A stretch of DNA of 64,000 bases from Patescibacteria group bacterium. Its GTDB lineage: Bacteria > Patescibacteriota > Microgenomatia > Levybacterales > UBA12049. Both the position numbers and the translations under genes were made by a program. Position 1 is the first letter of the stretch. Each line of letters starts with the position of its first letter. The stretch covers positions 401 to 64,400 of the forward strand of contig DASYZL010000022.1 of assembly GCA_035946335.1 (NCBI GenBank). Reading direction: 5' to 3'. Below the pieces are notes generated by a model. That model made no database searches and was not told the DNA's origin. It saw only the letters and a program-made list of their open reading frames with translations. Below are positions 42,217 through 52,891 of this stretch, one piece after another.

Positions 42217-45200
42217 TTGACAACTGATTCATGCGCAAGCTATGCTGGATGTATGGATGATGAAGAAAGACAAGGTGGCGTCGGTGTAGCAAACAGAACA
42301 GATCAGAATGCTGCTTCCCGTGGGCCACAATCCCACCCTGACCCGACGGATCAGGAAGCCCTGCGACAGTTTTTAGGAGAGCTGGATGCTTCTTCTCGAC
42401 AATCTAATCTGAGCGAAGAGCAAATTGAGCGCTTAGAACGTTTGAAGATAGTGACAGACTATCTAATAAAACAGCAGGAAGCTGCACGTAGTGGGCAGGA
42501 AGGATCTGGTTTGCGTAGTTACCTGAGTATGAAGGAAATTAACCCGCAGACATACGGATTTACCAATAGAGCCTACGAACAAAAATTAGCTCGATTAAAT
42601 AGCCTTATCCAAGCAGGAACCATTGATGAAGAATTTATTAGAAGTGACATACGGTATTTTGATGACATTGCAAAAGACATTAATGATCCTGACCATGATC
42701 GCGCTTTGCAGGTTGCCAATGACTTAACAACATTTTTAAGGCAGGTTGTTGCGCTACAAAGGGCTGAAGAATCCGCTCGCCAGGCAGAACAGTATATCGG
42801 CGCTAATGAACAATATCAGGAACGGACTGTTGGGGCAACGGGTCTGAAACCTGCAGATTTATTGAAAATCGGATCCGAAGGAAGAAGAAATAGAGAGAGA
42901 TTATTTAATGATGCACTTGCCGAAGTCGATGCAACGCCAACGAAACAGTTTGACCAGGTTTTTACTGTACTGAATCCTCCTTACGAACGGTATATGTGGT
43001 TAAAGAGAATGCTGCTTACTGTTGCCGAGAAGGGACAGTGGCAGGGAATTCCCCGCGATCTATCTCCTGCCGCAAGAGAACAACTGAAGAAAGAAGCGCG
43101 TCTAGATGTAGACAGGTTTGAACGGGAACTGGTGGTACGACGGTCACTCCATGATGCCATGCAGGTTTTCTATTTGCCAAGTATTAAAGCAGATAATGTT
43201 TTTGAATATGTCAATGGCTTTTCCTCGCACGACGGCGAATATGCGATGAAAATGACCGGTGTACAGGAAATGATGGATTTATACGAACAGGGGCTGCGGG
43301 AGGCAATGCTTGCAAATGACGGGTATTTACGTCCTGAAGATTTTCTTGGAGAGATTAAAACAGAAATTGTAGGTGGACAAACACAATATTCTTATTTTGG
43401 CGAATCGCCTGTTGATAAACGAGTGAAAGACCGGTACAGAGATTTATACAGGAGAAAGAAAATACGGATCGTGGATAGTAACGGAAAAGAATTATTAATC
43501 GGTGGGGATGAGTATTTAACGAATGCTGAAGTAGATAAAATTTTTGGTATTGCTAGAGGTATGATGGTGACTTCGCTTCGCATTCTCTCTATTGCGTCGG
43601 AGGCTCGAATTGCCCCACAAGGATTGTATACGAGTAATGTATTGCAGGATGTATTGCAGGGATATTCAAGTTATTTACAGCACATTATCGGCAAATACGG
43701 CATAGGCGGAAAAGGACTATCGATATTTCTTCACTCCAGAGAAGCAGAAAAGGGCTTCATCAAAGGCTTTCATAAACTTGCCCGATTTGGACAAAAAAAG
43801 AAGTGGCTGAATGCAATGCTGGGAAATGCGGACGATTTACTCTATAACGACGATGAAACGAAATATCCGCCTGATTTATATATCCGTAATCAGAATCCTG
43901 ACCGCGCAGGAGACGTGTTTACCTGGATTTCCTGGCGTGCAGGGGATATTGACAGTCCTGATAAATTGTCTATGACAAGGAGATTTATTCAGCAGGGACG
44001 AAGAGTATTTACAGACAGAGAAGGACGGATGCAGGAAGGGACTATGCTACAGGCATTCAGGGAAAAATTCGGCGAAAGACTTCCTGAGAATTTTAATTTT
44101 ACGACACTTTCTCTTCCTGTTGAAGGCGTTGATTATACCAAACCAGATCCGAACAATCCGGGAAATCAGATAAAATTGTCTGATGAAGAAATCTTTGTTG
44201 ACAATGCGGTACGGGCAGCGTTTGGAGAATTGGGCGAAACACAACGCGTCAAAGCAAGAGAAGAAATGAACAGATATTTCAATGAACTTGGCGCCTGGGT
44301 GGGAACAGGACTACGGTTTGAATTACTTCGGGGAAGGCTAGAGGATTTAGGAAGTCATGACCATGGAAAATTACATGCAGCACATGCAGCAGAGGCAACA
44401 GCGCATGCGCTTATTCAACGGATGGTTGAGCTACAACCTCACCGCTTATACCAGAAATCCAGAAAGCTTCGCAAGCGCTTGTCTTCACTTGGGATGAGTA
44501 ATGATGATGTCCAGGACGGTCTTGAGGGACTACAACTTGCTGAAAAAGCTTTATTTGACGACAGAAATAATCTGCTGAAAAAAGGAAAAAGCTTTGATGG
44601 TCATGATGGAGAATTCGTACAATCAGATAAAGTCCAATTACAGGACTATTTTGACAAAATAACAGAAGAAATAGAAAACGTACGAGAAGATTTATTTGGG
44701 GAACCAAGTGACACCCCTGAACAAAAATCGGCGAAGAAACAGGAAGCTATCGATAACGCGAAACGGAAAAAGGAACTCGCAAAGAAATTGTGGTCAGCAG
44801 TACAACAGGACTTCGCAATAAATAAACAAGCGTACTGGGATGAATGGATTACGTATCGACCATATAATCACGGGTATATCCCCTGGACAGGTGATATGCC
44901 TGTGAATGAATTTAATGTCGCAGCACTTGGTCCGACTGCCGGATTTGCAAGACGCGGCAGAGATAACCAGGCGCAAGGCAAAGCTATCAGTGCGGAAATG
45001 GGGATGCTTACGAGCATGAAACATAATGCAACAGCTGAAGAGGTCCTAAGTACACTTGCAGGAATATATAATGAGATTGCCGGGTATGATTCAGGAAAAG
45101 CAGCAACTGCTGTTGCAGAAAAAATGGAAGGTGTTATTGAATTGTGCAGGGGTCATTGGACAACAAATCTTCCAATTATCGGACAAACAATTAAATCTGC

Positions 45201-45456
45201 CGGCCATGGATCGCTTGCACGATCATTGTGGGGTCCTGGTGCACCGCTATGGACAAAAACAGAAATTAATTTCTTCATCGAACAAGCAGCACATAAAGAA
45301 CTTATTTCTCATGACGATATGCATAGGCTTATGGAGAAATATGCCTCAAACGAAATACTCGCAAGCAATGAAGTAACGCTTATGGGATTACAATTTGCTA
45401 TTATTGCGCTTGCGCTCTATATGGCACAACAATTGGCAAAAGAGGAAGCAAAGTAG
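42217..45456 (+). CDS. Large hypothetical protein (1079 aa), mainly alpha-helical, C-terminal hydrophobic helix
   Basis: Long uninterrupted ORF, locally GC-richer than its neighbours; no Walker, nuclease or other catalytic motif recognised. Confidence 0.55.
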   Translation: MTTDSCASYAGCMDDEERQGGVGVANRTDQNAASRGPQSHPDPTDQEALRQFLGELDASSRQSNLSEEQIERLERLKIVTDYLIKQQEAARSGQEGSGLRSYLSMKEINPQTYGFTNRAYEQKLARLNSLIQAGTIDEEFIRSDIRYFDDIAKDINDPDHDRALQVANDLTTFLRQVVALQRAEESARQAEQYIGANEQYQERTVGATGLKPADLLKIGSEGRRNRERLFNDALAEVDATPTKQFDQVFTVLNPPYERYMWLKRMLLTVAEKGQWQGIPRDLSPAAREQLKKEARLDVDRFERELVVRRSLHDAMQVFYLPSIKADNVFEYVNGFSSHDGEYAMKMTGVQEMMDLYEQGLREAMLANDGYLRPEDFLGEIKTEIVGGQTQYSYFGESPVDKRVKDRYRDLYRRKKIRIVDSNGKELLIGGDEYLTNAEVDKIFGIARGMMVTSLRILSIASEARIAPQGLYTSNVLQDVLQGYSSYLQHIIGKYGIGGKGLSIFLHSREAEKGFIKGFHKLARFGQKKKWLNAMLGNADDLLYNDDETKYPPDLYIRNQNPDRAGDVFTWISWRAGDIDSPDKLSMTRRFIQQGRRVFTDREGRMQEGTMLQAFREKFGERLPENFNFTTLSLPVEGVDYTKPDPNNPGNQIKLSDEEIFVDNAVRAAFGELGETQRVKAREEMNRYFNELGAWVGTGLRFELLRGRLEDLGSHDHGKLHAAHAAEATAHALIQRMVELQPHRLYQKSRKLRKRLSSLGMSNDDVQDGLEGLQLAEKALFDDRNNLLKKGKSFDGHDGEFVQSDKVQLQDYFDKITEEIENVREDLFGEPSDTPEQKSAKKQEAIDNAKRKKELAKKLWSAVQQDFAINKQAYWDEWITYRPYNHGYIPWTGDMPVNEFNVAALGPTAGFARRGRDNQAQGKAISAEMGMLTSMKHNATAEEVLSTLAGIYNEIAGYDSGKAATAVAEKMEGVIELCRGHWTTNLPIIGQTIKSAGHGSLARSLWGPGAPLWTKTEINFFIEQAAHKELISHDDMHRLMEKYASNEILASNEVTLMGLQFAIIALALYMAQQLAKEEAK

Positions 45457-45503
45457 AAGATCTTCTTATTAGGACCCAATTCACCCATCTTTCAAGGAAC
45501 TAA

Positions 45504-47354
45504 TTAGTGGGGTTGACCACCTCTCGCCATTGCTATCTTCGCTTCTTCCCCGGTTGCATGGGAAAATTTCTGAATAAAGGGGATCCGTTTAAATAGCGGC
45601 ATTGAGGAAAGCCCGCTCAAAGTAAAGCCAATTGTCGAAACCTGTTGCAATACTCCCATTGGACTTCCTGCTGCAGCGCCATGCCCGATAATTCCTCCAG
45701 CTTTACTTTGTGGTGCTTTAATCGCAGCCTGAATAAGATCAGCTGCGCCAGGAATAAGAAATAAGATACCGATCGTAATTAAAGGTCCGAGAATTTCCTG
45801 ATTGCTCAGTCCCCCAATAAGCGGAGGAACAAATCCGTTTGCTCCAGGTTGTCCAAATTGATTGGCAAATACTGCTCCTAACAGGAGCATAAACAGTGTT
45901 GTTGGAAAAACTGCTAGATGCGCGACAAGCCCCTTTATCCATCCACCGAATCCACCGTTTTCAACAGGAAAAATGCCCATGACAATGAAAAACGGAGCTA
46001 AGGATACATCAATGAGCACACTGATATATGCCTTAATGAGGCTAATGAGAATTCTGAATAAAGCCATAAGGAGAGCAAGCGGTATCAAAATAAGACCAAT
46101 AAGTGCCCCCAGACTTCCCTGATCTGCAAATGTAAGGGCAGTAAGATTTGAAAGAACTCCTAGTGCTTCTGCCGCACTTGCTGGAGTGGCAATCAAACCA
46201 CCAGTTAAACCTGCAATAACAATACCTAATTGCCCACCTCCGGTAAGTTGAATTGCCTTCAAGATATAGGTAAGCGGTCCCGTGAGGGGATTAAAATTTC
46301 TTAGTAGTACTGCAAGTAAGATATTTGCTCCGTAACCTAAGGTGTAGTCCCAAAATGGTCCGGGAAACGATCCCTGGGTAAATACGGAGACTGCATGCGC
46401 CCCATTAAACCAGAGTTGAAAAAACCCTCCTCCTCCGATAGCAAACTGCAAGGGAGCTCCTATAATTGCGGTATTGTTTGTTGCTACCCCGAAGAGGGAA
46501 TTGAAATATCCGAGAACGTTTTGACTTTCAACAGCATTCATTGTGAGTACCGATGGTGAATTCGTTATGGAAATAGGCGCAGAAAAAGTGAGTACTTGAT
46601 GATTTGGAATGATTCCAGGGGATGCAAATAAATTGAGGATAAGTGAGGTTGCCACATACATCAGATCAACCAGAAAACCAGCGATGGCAAAGGAAAAAGT
46701 AACCAGGATAAGTCCAATGACAATTTTTGGTATCTGGTTTTGCACGCTCATAACTGTTCTCGGATCTATCTTCACCCGTAACATAATCAGAAGACCAATA
46801 AAAACAAAGACGAGCGCGAAAAACAGATAAACGAAATTACGAAAAATGACCCAGATATTCAATAGAGGTGTTAAGCCGCAAAACCCGATACTGTACGTAC
46901 AAGGAGGTGTAGTGATAGCATACGCCGGCTTCACCAGACCGAAATTTCTTCCCATATAGGTAAGGTAATCTGACGTATGTAGCGGCTGGTTTGTGTATGT
47001 GGCGATTATCGCCTGATTGACTAAAGCAAGCACCCCTCCCCCTTTCTTGACAAAGCCTATTTTTTGTGTTTTCGGATCAATGCCAAGACAAGACGCGTTT
47101 CTGTCAACCGGATCCACACCAGTAAGTTGACAACTCAGAGACGCTGCCACCTCAATCATAACATTCTGCGTCCATGTGTGAAGGTCTACGGGAACATTGG
47201 TATTTCTCTGAGAATCCTGGAGAAGCGCAGAAGCAGGTGTCTGGGCATGGACAAGGGGAAGGAAAATAAGAGAAGCAACAATAAAAATAACCGCAGCAGA
47301 AATGAAAACCTTCATATTTTTAGCGTAAAGAATTGCCTTTGAAAAGTCAATCAT
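45504..47354 (-). CDS. Polytopic membrane protein with N-terminal Cys-containing exported domain (possibly VirB6/TrbL-like)
   Basis: Signal peptide, about 130-aa periplasmic domain, then at least 8 Gly-rich TM helices; 616 aa; coupled (1-bp overlap) to the upstream Cys-rich pilin-like gene. Confidence 0.45.
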   Translation of the reverse strand: MIDFSKAILYAKNMKVFISAAVIFIVASLIFLPLVHAQTPASALLQDSQRNTNVPVDLHTWTQNVMIEVAASLSCQLTGVDPVDRNASCLGIDPKTQKIGFVKKGGGVLALVNQAIIATYTNQPLHTSDYLTYMGRNFGLVKPAYAITTPPCTYSIGFCGLTPLLNIWVIFRNFVYLFFALVFVFIGLLIMLRVKIDPRTVMSVQNQIPKIVIGLILVTFSFAIAGFLVDLMYVATSLILNLFASPGIIPNHQVLTFSAPISITNSPSVLTMNAVESQNVLGYFNSLFGVATNNTAIIGAPLQFAIGGGGFFQLWFNGAHAVSVFTQGSFPGPFWDYTLGYGANILLAVLLRNFNPLTGPLTYILKAIQLTGGGQLGIVIAGLTGGLIATPASAAEALGVLSNLTALTFADQGSLGALIGLILIPLALLMALFRILISLIKAYISVLIDVSLAPFFIVMGIFPVENGGFGGWIKGLVAHLAVFPTTLFMLLLGAVFANQFGQPGANGFVPPLIGGLSNQEILGPLITIGILFLIPGAADLIQAAIKAPQSKAGGIIGHGAAAGSPMGVLQQVSTIGFTLSGLSSMPLFKRIPFIQKFSHATGEEAKIAMARGGQPH

Positions 47355-48097
47355 TACTGAAACCCGGGGATATGCAACAAATTGACGGTAATCAGTTGCA
47401 GAATCGCGACAGAAAAAACAATAAATAAAAGCCCGACAATTGCGCTGGTAAGGCCATCCCGTGCTTCCTGAAGTTTTTCTGCGTTACCGGATGATGCCAT
47501 GATCCGGTAACCGTTAAAGATAATAAGAAGAACAGCAATGCCACCGACAAAGCTGAGGATTATTTTTAATATATCAACAATGAACAATACCGGCTGTGTA
47601 CTTATAGCACCTAAAGCAGTAGCACACACGTCACTGGGGCAAAGCGGACTTTGTGTCGGCCAGCTCGTTGGAGTTGGAGCAGGAGTGATTGTGCAATAAT
47701 GGTTTGTGCCACACGTATAGGGAGTGCATTCAAAATTCGTCTGGCATTGAGCAGGAGTTGGAATTGGCGTGCAATAATAGTTATCACCAAAAATTCCTTG
47801 GAGTCCTGTAAAAAGACTGTTTTGAAACTGGGAAATACATGCGGATAGCTTATTACCGTCTATACACACTTCCCCTTTTCCACACGCAGGATTACAGCCG
47901 CTGGGTACAGTGGCGTTTGTAATACATGACTGGCCTGGTGTCAATCCGTTACTTGTGGAAGCGGTATTTGTATTTGTTGTTTGTTGAACGGCTGGAACTC
48001 CAATTGCTTCCACCATGCCTGGAAAAGCAATAAACAAGAGGAGGGTCACTATTAAAAAAAGAGAGGTTCGCAGGATTTTATTGTCTTGAAACATCAT
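47354..48097 (-). CDS. Secreted Cys-rich protein with C-terminal VirB2/TrbC pilin-like membrane module
   Basis: Signal peptide; about 130-aa ectodomain with about 16 Cys; then LLIIFNGYRIMASSGNAEKLQEARDGLTSAIVGLLFIVFSVAIL. Confidence 0.45.
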   Translation of the reverse strand: MMFQDNKILRTSLFLIVTLLLFIAFPGMVEAIGVPAVQQTTNTNTASTSNGLTPGQSCITNATVPSGCNPACGKGEVCIDGNKLSACISQFQNSLFTGLQGIFGDNYYCTPIPTPAQCQTNFECTPYTCGTNHYCTITPAPTPTSWPTQSPLCPSDVCATALGAISTQPVLFIVDILKIILSFVGGIAVLLIIFNGYRIMASSGNAEKLQEARDGLTSAIVGLLFIVFSVAILQLITVNLLHIPGFQ

Positions 48098-48203
48098 GTA
48101 ACTTCAGTGTAAAACAAAAACGGATTTTCTTGCAAGGGGAAAGTAAGGAAGCAAGGCTTGACAGCACTTTACTACTTCTATAGCATAGAAGGAGTACTAC
48201 AAT

Positions 48204-49415
48204 ATGAAACGGTTTTTGTTTATTGGTTTTATTGTTGTTATTCTTCTGGCAATTCCTCTTACCATTTATATTCTTGTCAGCCAACAGACAAATACCAAAA
48301 GCGGCGCTGCTGCTTCTTCCCGTCTTGCATTTGTTGCGCCAACGAATCCTGTTGTGGTAGGTACTACCGTGAATATTCCGCTTACTGTTGATCCGACTGT
48401 TAACGGAGGAAGCAATGTCGTCTCGTTTGTGAAAGCAACGTTCACCTATGACGGCAATAAATTACAAGTGGGAGGTACATATTTTACGAATAGTACTGCA
48501 TTTTCACAAACGCTTCAGGGACCAACGAATACATGCGACAGCAATAATGTGTGCACAATTAGCGTTACCGTTGCCATTCCTTACTCCCAGCAGGTACAAG
48601 GGGTAACTTCACCGACAACGGTAGGAACATTTTCGTTTACGCCGCAGGCAGCAACAGATCCATCTTCTCCGACAACACTTAATTTTGTGCAAGGACAGCA
48701 ACAGATACTTTCCCTTGCGACTGCAGACCAGCCATCTGAAAATGTTTTCGTTGGTGCCACAGCATTACCAATCACCATAATTTCCAATGCATCGTCAAAT
48801 GGAACACCAGTCCCCACAGATACTCCCAATCCTTCCGATACTCCCTATCCTAATCCTGATACGCCAACACCAACTCAAGCAGTGACTTATAATAGTTCGA
48901 ACAATGCAAGCAATAATTCTTCCTCGAACACGAGCAGTTCAGGACCTACGTGCAGTAGTCTTACTGCCGATCAGACGTCGGGAACTTCCCCGTTTACTGT
49001 TACCTTTACTGCCTCTGGCACAAGTAGTAGTTCAACAATCTCACAAGTTACCTTTAACTTCGGTGATGGATACACGCAGAATGTGTCAACAGGAGGCGGC
49101 ATTGGTACGGCAAATGTCTCAGAGTCAATTTCACATGCATATCAATCAAGCGGTTCTTACACGGCAACGGCAGTATTTACTGATGCGAACGGCAACGCAA
49201 GTCAATCAAATGCCTGTTCACGGACAATTACCGTATATGCTCTACCCACGGCAACACCTACTCCTACACCTGTTCAAGTAGCGCAAACAAATGGGTCAAC
49301 CGTTCACCCGGTAACAACTGTCGGCGCAACAGGACCGGGAAGTACATTTCTTTATGCAGGTATTGGCGGAGCTATTATGACAACCATAGGATTAGTTGTT
49401 CTGTTTATCCTATGA
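48204..49415 (+). CDS. Cell-surface protein: N-terminal anchor/signal, cohesin-like domain, PKD domain, Thr/Pro linker, C-terminal TM anchor
   Basis: PKD signature FTVTFTASG...VTFNFGDGYTQ...HAYQSSGSYTATAVFTDANGN; C-terminal GIGGAIMTTIGLVVLFIL. Confidence 0.6.
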   Translation: MKRFLFIGFIVVILLAIPLTIYILVSQQTNTKSGAAASSRLAFVAPTNPVVVGTTVNIPLTVDPTVNGGSNVVSFVKATFTYDGNKLQVGGTYFTNSTAFSQTLQGPTNTCDSNNVCTISVTVAIPYSQQVQGVTSPTTVGTFSFTPQAATDPSSPTTLNFVQGQQQILSLATADQPSENVFVGATALPITIISNASSNGTPVPTDTPNPSDTPYPNPDTPTPTQAVTYNSSNNASNNSSSNTSSSGPTCSSLTADQTSGTSPFTVTFTASGTSSSSTISQVTFNFGDGYTQNVSTGGGIGTANVSESISHAYQSSGSYTATAVFTDANGNASQSNACSRTITVYALPTATPTPTPVQVAQTNGSTVHPVTTVGATGPGSTFLYAGIGGAIMTTIGLVVLFIL

Positions 49416-51140
49416 CGCAACAAGGTCAAACAACGCTTTTTGTGGAATTTCAATTTTACTGATTGTCATCATTTTTGCTTTTCCTTTTTTCTGTGCTTCC
49501 AGTAGTTTATCTTTTCTTGTTCTATCCCCCCCACTCATCTTTGCAAGGACATCTTTGCGGTAAGGGGGAATTTCTTCCCTGGCAATAATATGTGAGCCGC
49601 TGTAACATTGGATAACCTGTTTCACCTGTTGACGGGGAAGCGCAACTTTGAGCTTTTCCGCCTTTTTCCGTCCGACAGCAACGGCTTCATCTCTGTAGAC
49701 AAATTCTGAAAGCACATCAATCGGCGTATCATTAATCCTCACTTCCAATTTCTCCAAATCAGCCTCCTTATAATCAGTGAGGTCATAATCAATACTGGCA
49801 AAACCGGATGAAATACTTTTTATTTCAGATGCAAACCCTTTCAGAAACGTGCTATATGGCATGTCATACTGCAAGACAACCGTATCATCCTGGTAGTCCA
49901 CTGAAAACAGGATGCCCCGCTGTCTTTGACATAACGCCATCGTACCACCAAGGTACAGTTGTGGTACATGAATGGTAAGATGTATATATGGCTCTTTGTA
50001 ACTGCCTAACTCTGTCTTCTCATAGACTACCTGAGGAATGGTAAATAACGGATCAAGTTGAAATTCCTGCTTGAGCCGTTCTTTAAAAATTTCTGCGTGC
50101 AATAATCCTAAAAACCCAGCGCGGAACCCGCTACCTAAAAAAGACGAATACTCCTCATGGAACGTGAGCGATGCATCGATAAGCGCCAGTTGATTAAACG
50201 CTTCTCGTAGTGGCACGAAATCGTCAGTTGCCTTTGGATAAACACCGAAAAATACCATTGGCTTTGGCGTTTTGTATCCAGGAAATGGCGCAATAGTTGT
50301 TCGAGCAAGAAAGATGGTATCCCCGACCCGACACTGGCGAATCGTTTTAATGCCGGTAACTATGTATCCAATTTCGCCACTCGACAGCTTCGTAGCGGGA
50401 ACAAGACCGGGAGTAAAGTACCCGACATCTTGCGCATTGGTTTTCTGGTGAGTTTGGAATAATTCTAAAGGGTTGTTTTGCTTCACTTCTCCATCAAGCA
50501 CTCTCACACATGCAATAACCCCGCGGTGTTCGTCATATACTGCATCAAAAATGATTGCCCGAAATGGTTTTATTGCCTCTCCCTTTGGAGCAGGAACTGT
50601 TTCGATGACGTTTTGCAAAAGCGTTACCACTCCCTGTCCTGTTTTTGCAGAAATATGGAGGATAGCTTCTTTTGCAAACCCGAGACCTTCCAATTGCTTC
50701 TCCACTACCTTTACTCGCGCATTTTCCATATCAATTTTGTTGATAACCGGAATAATCGTCAGGCGTGCTTTTTGCGCTTCACGCAAATGAGCAAGCGTTT
50801 GCGCTTGTACGCCTTTTGTCGCATCAACTAATAAAATTGCACCCTCACAGGCAACAAGTGTACGCGAAACTTCGTAGGAAAAATCTATATGTCCTGGTGT
50901 ATCAATGAGGTTTAACTGATAGACATTCCCTTCATATGAGTAATGCATCCGAACCGGTGCGAGTTTAATGGTAATTCCCCGCTCTCGCGAAATCGGGTTT
51001 TGGTCAAGAAATTGTTCTTGTTTCGTCAATGCTTCAGTCCGGATTGTTCCGGTAATTTCCAGAAACCTGTCGGAAAGCGTTGACTTCCCGTGATCTATAT
51101 GAGCTATTATGGCAAAGTTGCGGATATATCGCTGTTCCAT
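49410..51140 (-). CDS. lepA: Elongation factor 4 (LepA)
   Basis: IRNFAIIAHIDHGKSTLSDR G1 motif, DTPGHIDF, and the LepA-specific C-terminal domain; 576 aa. Confidence 0.93.
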   Translation of the reverse strand: MEQRYIRNFAIIAHIDHGKSTLSDRFLEITGTIRTEALTKQEQFLDQNPISRERGITIKLAPVRMHYSYEGNVYQLNLIDTPGHIDFSYEVSRTLVACEGAILLVDATKGVQAQTLAHLREAQKARLTIIPVINKIDMENARVKVVEKQLEGLGFAKEAILHISAKTGQGVVTLLQNVIETVPAPKGEAIKPFRAIIFDAVYDEHRGVIACVRVLDGEVKQNNPLELFQTHQKTNAQDVGYFTPGLVPATKLSSGEIGYIVTGIKTIRQCRVGDTIFLARTTIAPFPGYKTPKPMVFFGVYPKATDDFVPLREAFNQLALIDASLTFHEEYSSFLGSGFRAGFLGLLHAEIFKERLKQEFQLDPLFTIPQVVYEKTELGSYKEPYIHLTIHVPQLYLGGTMALCQRQRGILFSVDYQDDTVVLQYDMPYSTFLKGFASEIKSISSGFASIDYDLTDYKEADLEKLEVRINDTPIDVLSEFVYRDEAVAVGRKKAEKLKVALPRQQVKQVIQCYSGSHIIAREEIPPYRKDVLAKMSGGDRTRKDKLLEAQKKGKAKMMTISKIEIPQKALFDLVAS

Positions 51141-51160
51141 TGATACGCATTATACCAGAG

Positions 51161-51652
51161 TCAGAGCGAAGAAAGGTTGTGCGAATACGCATGGGTTATC
51201 GCGATTGCCAACGCATCAGATGTGTCATCGGGAGATGGAATTTTTGTCAGATGAAGGGTTGCTTGCACCATTTTTCCCACTTGTCTTTTCTCTGCCCGTC
51301 CGTATCCTACCAAAGTATTTTTGACAACAAGTGGCGTATATACAGCAACAGAAATATTGTACTCAGCTGCTGTTAGCAGTACTACTCCCCTCGCCTGACC
51401 GACGATAAAGGCAGTTTTAACGTTTTTGTTGAAAAATAGATCTTCTACTGCCATTATCTCAGGGCTATACGTAGCCAAAATTCGCTTCATTTCCCGGTAA
51501 ATTTGCTCAAGGCGTTTTGGTAATTCGGTTGTTTTTGCCGTTTCAAAACAGTCAAATGCAACTGCAGTTACATTCCCTTTTTCCTTATCAATTATTCCCC
51601 ACCCTAATCGTCCGATACCAGGATCAACGCCAAGAATGCGCATGTAATTCAT
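51161..51652 (-). CDS. ruvC: Crossover junction endodeoxyribonuclease RuvC
   Basis: MRILGVDPGIGRLGWGII plus conserved acidic residues; 163 aa. Confidence 0.88.
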   Translation of the reverse strand: MNYMRILGVDPGIGRLGWGIIDKEKGNVTAVAFDCFETAKTTELPKRLEQIYREMKRILATYSPEIMAVEDLFFNKNVKTAFIVGQARGVVLLTAAEYNISVAVYTPLVVKNTLVGYGRAEKRQVGKMVQATLHLTKIPSPDDTSDALAIAITHAYSHNLSSL

Positions 51653-51693
51653 ACTAGCAGAAATACATTGTATTTGTAAAAAGGGTTCTTTTC

Positions 51694-52404
51694 ATGTACA
51701 ATACGTATGTGAAGAAGTATACCTTACAGGTAACAAAACGGGCTGTTTTTGGTAAGAAACTGAAAAAACTTCGTAAAGAAGGCATTCTGCCTGGTAATAT
51801 TTACGGGAAAGACCTCGTGTCAACTGCTGTACAGCTTCCTTTGAAAGAATTCGAAAACGTGTATCAGCAGGCTGGATCTTCAAGTGTAGTCGAAGTGGAA
51901 TTTGATGGGCAAAAACGACCTACACTGATTCATAATCTGCAATATGATTATGTCAGTCACATGCCACTTCATGCTGACTTCTTCCAGGTAAACCTCAAAG
52001 AAAAGGTAACAACAACAGTCCCTGTCGAGTTAGTCGGTGAACCAAAAGCAGTGACTGACAAAGTTGGATTATTGCTACAAACACTCAACGAAGTTGAGGT
52101 TGAAGCGTTACCCGCAGACCTGCCGGAACATGTTGTAATTGACGTTACCCATTTAACAGAAATAGGACAGCAAGTGAAGGTTAGTGACATTAAAAAACTT
52201 CCCGGCGTTGCAATCGTTACTGATGCAGAACAGGTTGTTGGTAGTATCGGTGAATTGGTAACCCAAGAAGCAGAAGAGCAAGCAGCGCAGGAAGAAGTTG
52301 CTGCTCAAGTCGCCGCAGGAGAAGAAACAGGAGCCGAGGGTGAAACACCGTCAACAGAAGAAAAACCGACAGAAACCCCACAAGAAGAACCAAAGAAAGA
52401 ATAA
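51694..52404 (+). CDS. rplY: 50S ribosomal protein L25 / general stress protein Ctc form
   Basis: LQVTKRAVFGKKLKKLRKEGILPGNIYGK and an acidic C-terminal tail. Confidence 0.82.
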   Translation: MYNTYVKKYTLQVTKRAVFGKKLKKLRKEGILPGNIYGKDLVSTAVQLPLKEFENVYQQAGSSSVVEVEFDGQKRPTLIHNLQYDYVSHMPLHADFFQVNLKEKVTTTVPVELVGEPKAVTDKVGLLLQTLNEVEVEALPADLPEHVVIDVTHLTEIGQQVKVSDIKKLPGVAIVTDAEQVVGSIGELVTQEAEEQAAQEEVAAQVAAGEETGAEGETPSTEEKPTETPQEEPKKE

Positions 52405-52827
52405 TTATTCCCTTTCCTCAATTGTTACAAGATTTTTCAATGTTTTTGCTTTGGTGAATGTCGGATCAAGCAGAAGCACATTTTGTAGAAATATGTTCGC
52501 GTTTTTCCAGTCATGATTTTGATATGCCAAGGTTGCCGCCTGAAAGTATGCATCTCTATACCCTGCATACGTGTTTGCGATACTGCTCCATAAGCGCATG
52601 GTATTCGTAAGCTGGGCTCGTTGATTTTGCACAGTCTCCCACTGTTGAAATGATTGAAAGAATTGAGTAAACAGCAGAAAGAGTAAAGAAAGCAAACTCA
52701 GTCCTATAGGAATCCAAAGTAAGCCGCTAAAATCGGTAATAAATCGGTAAATTCTCGGGAATCTTTTTTTACAGTACTTTCTCAAATGAAGCTCTCTGGT
52801 AAAAATCATAACCAAATTCATAGACAA
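52405..52827 (-). CDS. hypothetical membrane protein
   Basis: 140 aa with one TM helix and a TPR-like C-terminus. Confidence 0.35.
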   Translation of the reverse strand: MSMNLVMIFTRELHLRKYCKKRFPRIYRFITDFSGLLWIPIGLSLLSLLFLLFTQFFQSFQQWETVQNQRAQLTNTMRLWSSIANTYAGYRDAYFQAATLAYQNHDWKNANIFLQNVLLLDPTFTKAKTLKNLVTIEERE

Positions 52828-52891
52828 TCACTTTGATTGTATCAAGTCTATGATCAGAACACCAAATAGAAGTACAAGGAGGTGCGATTAA

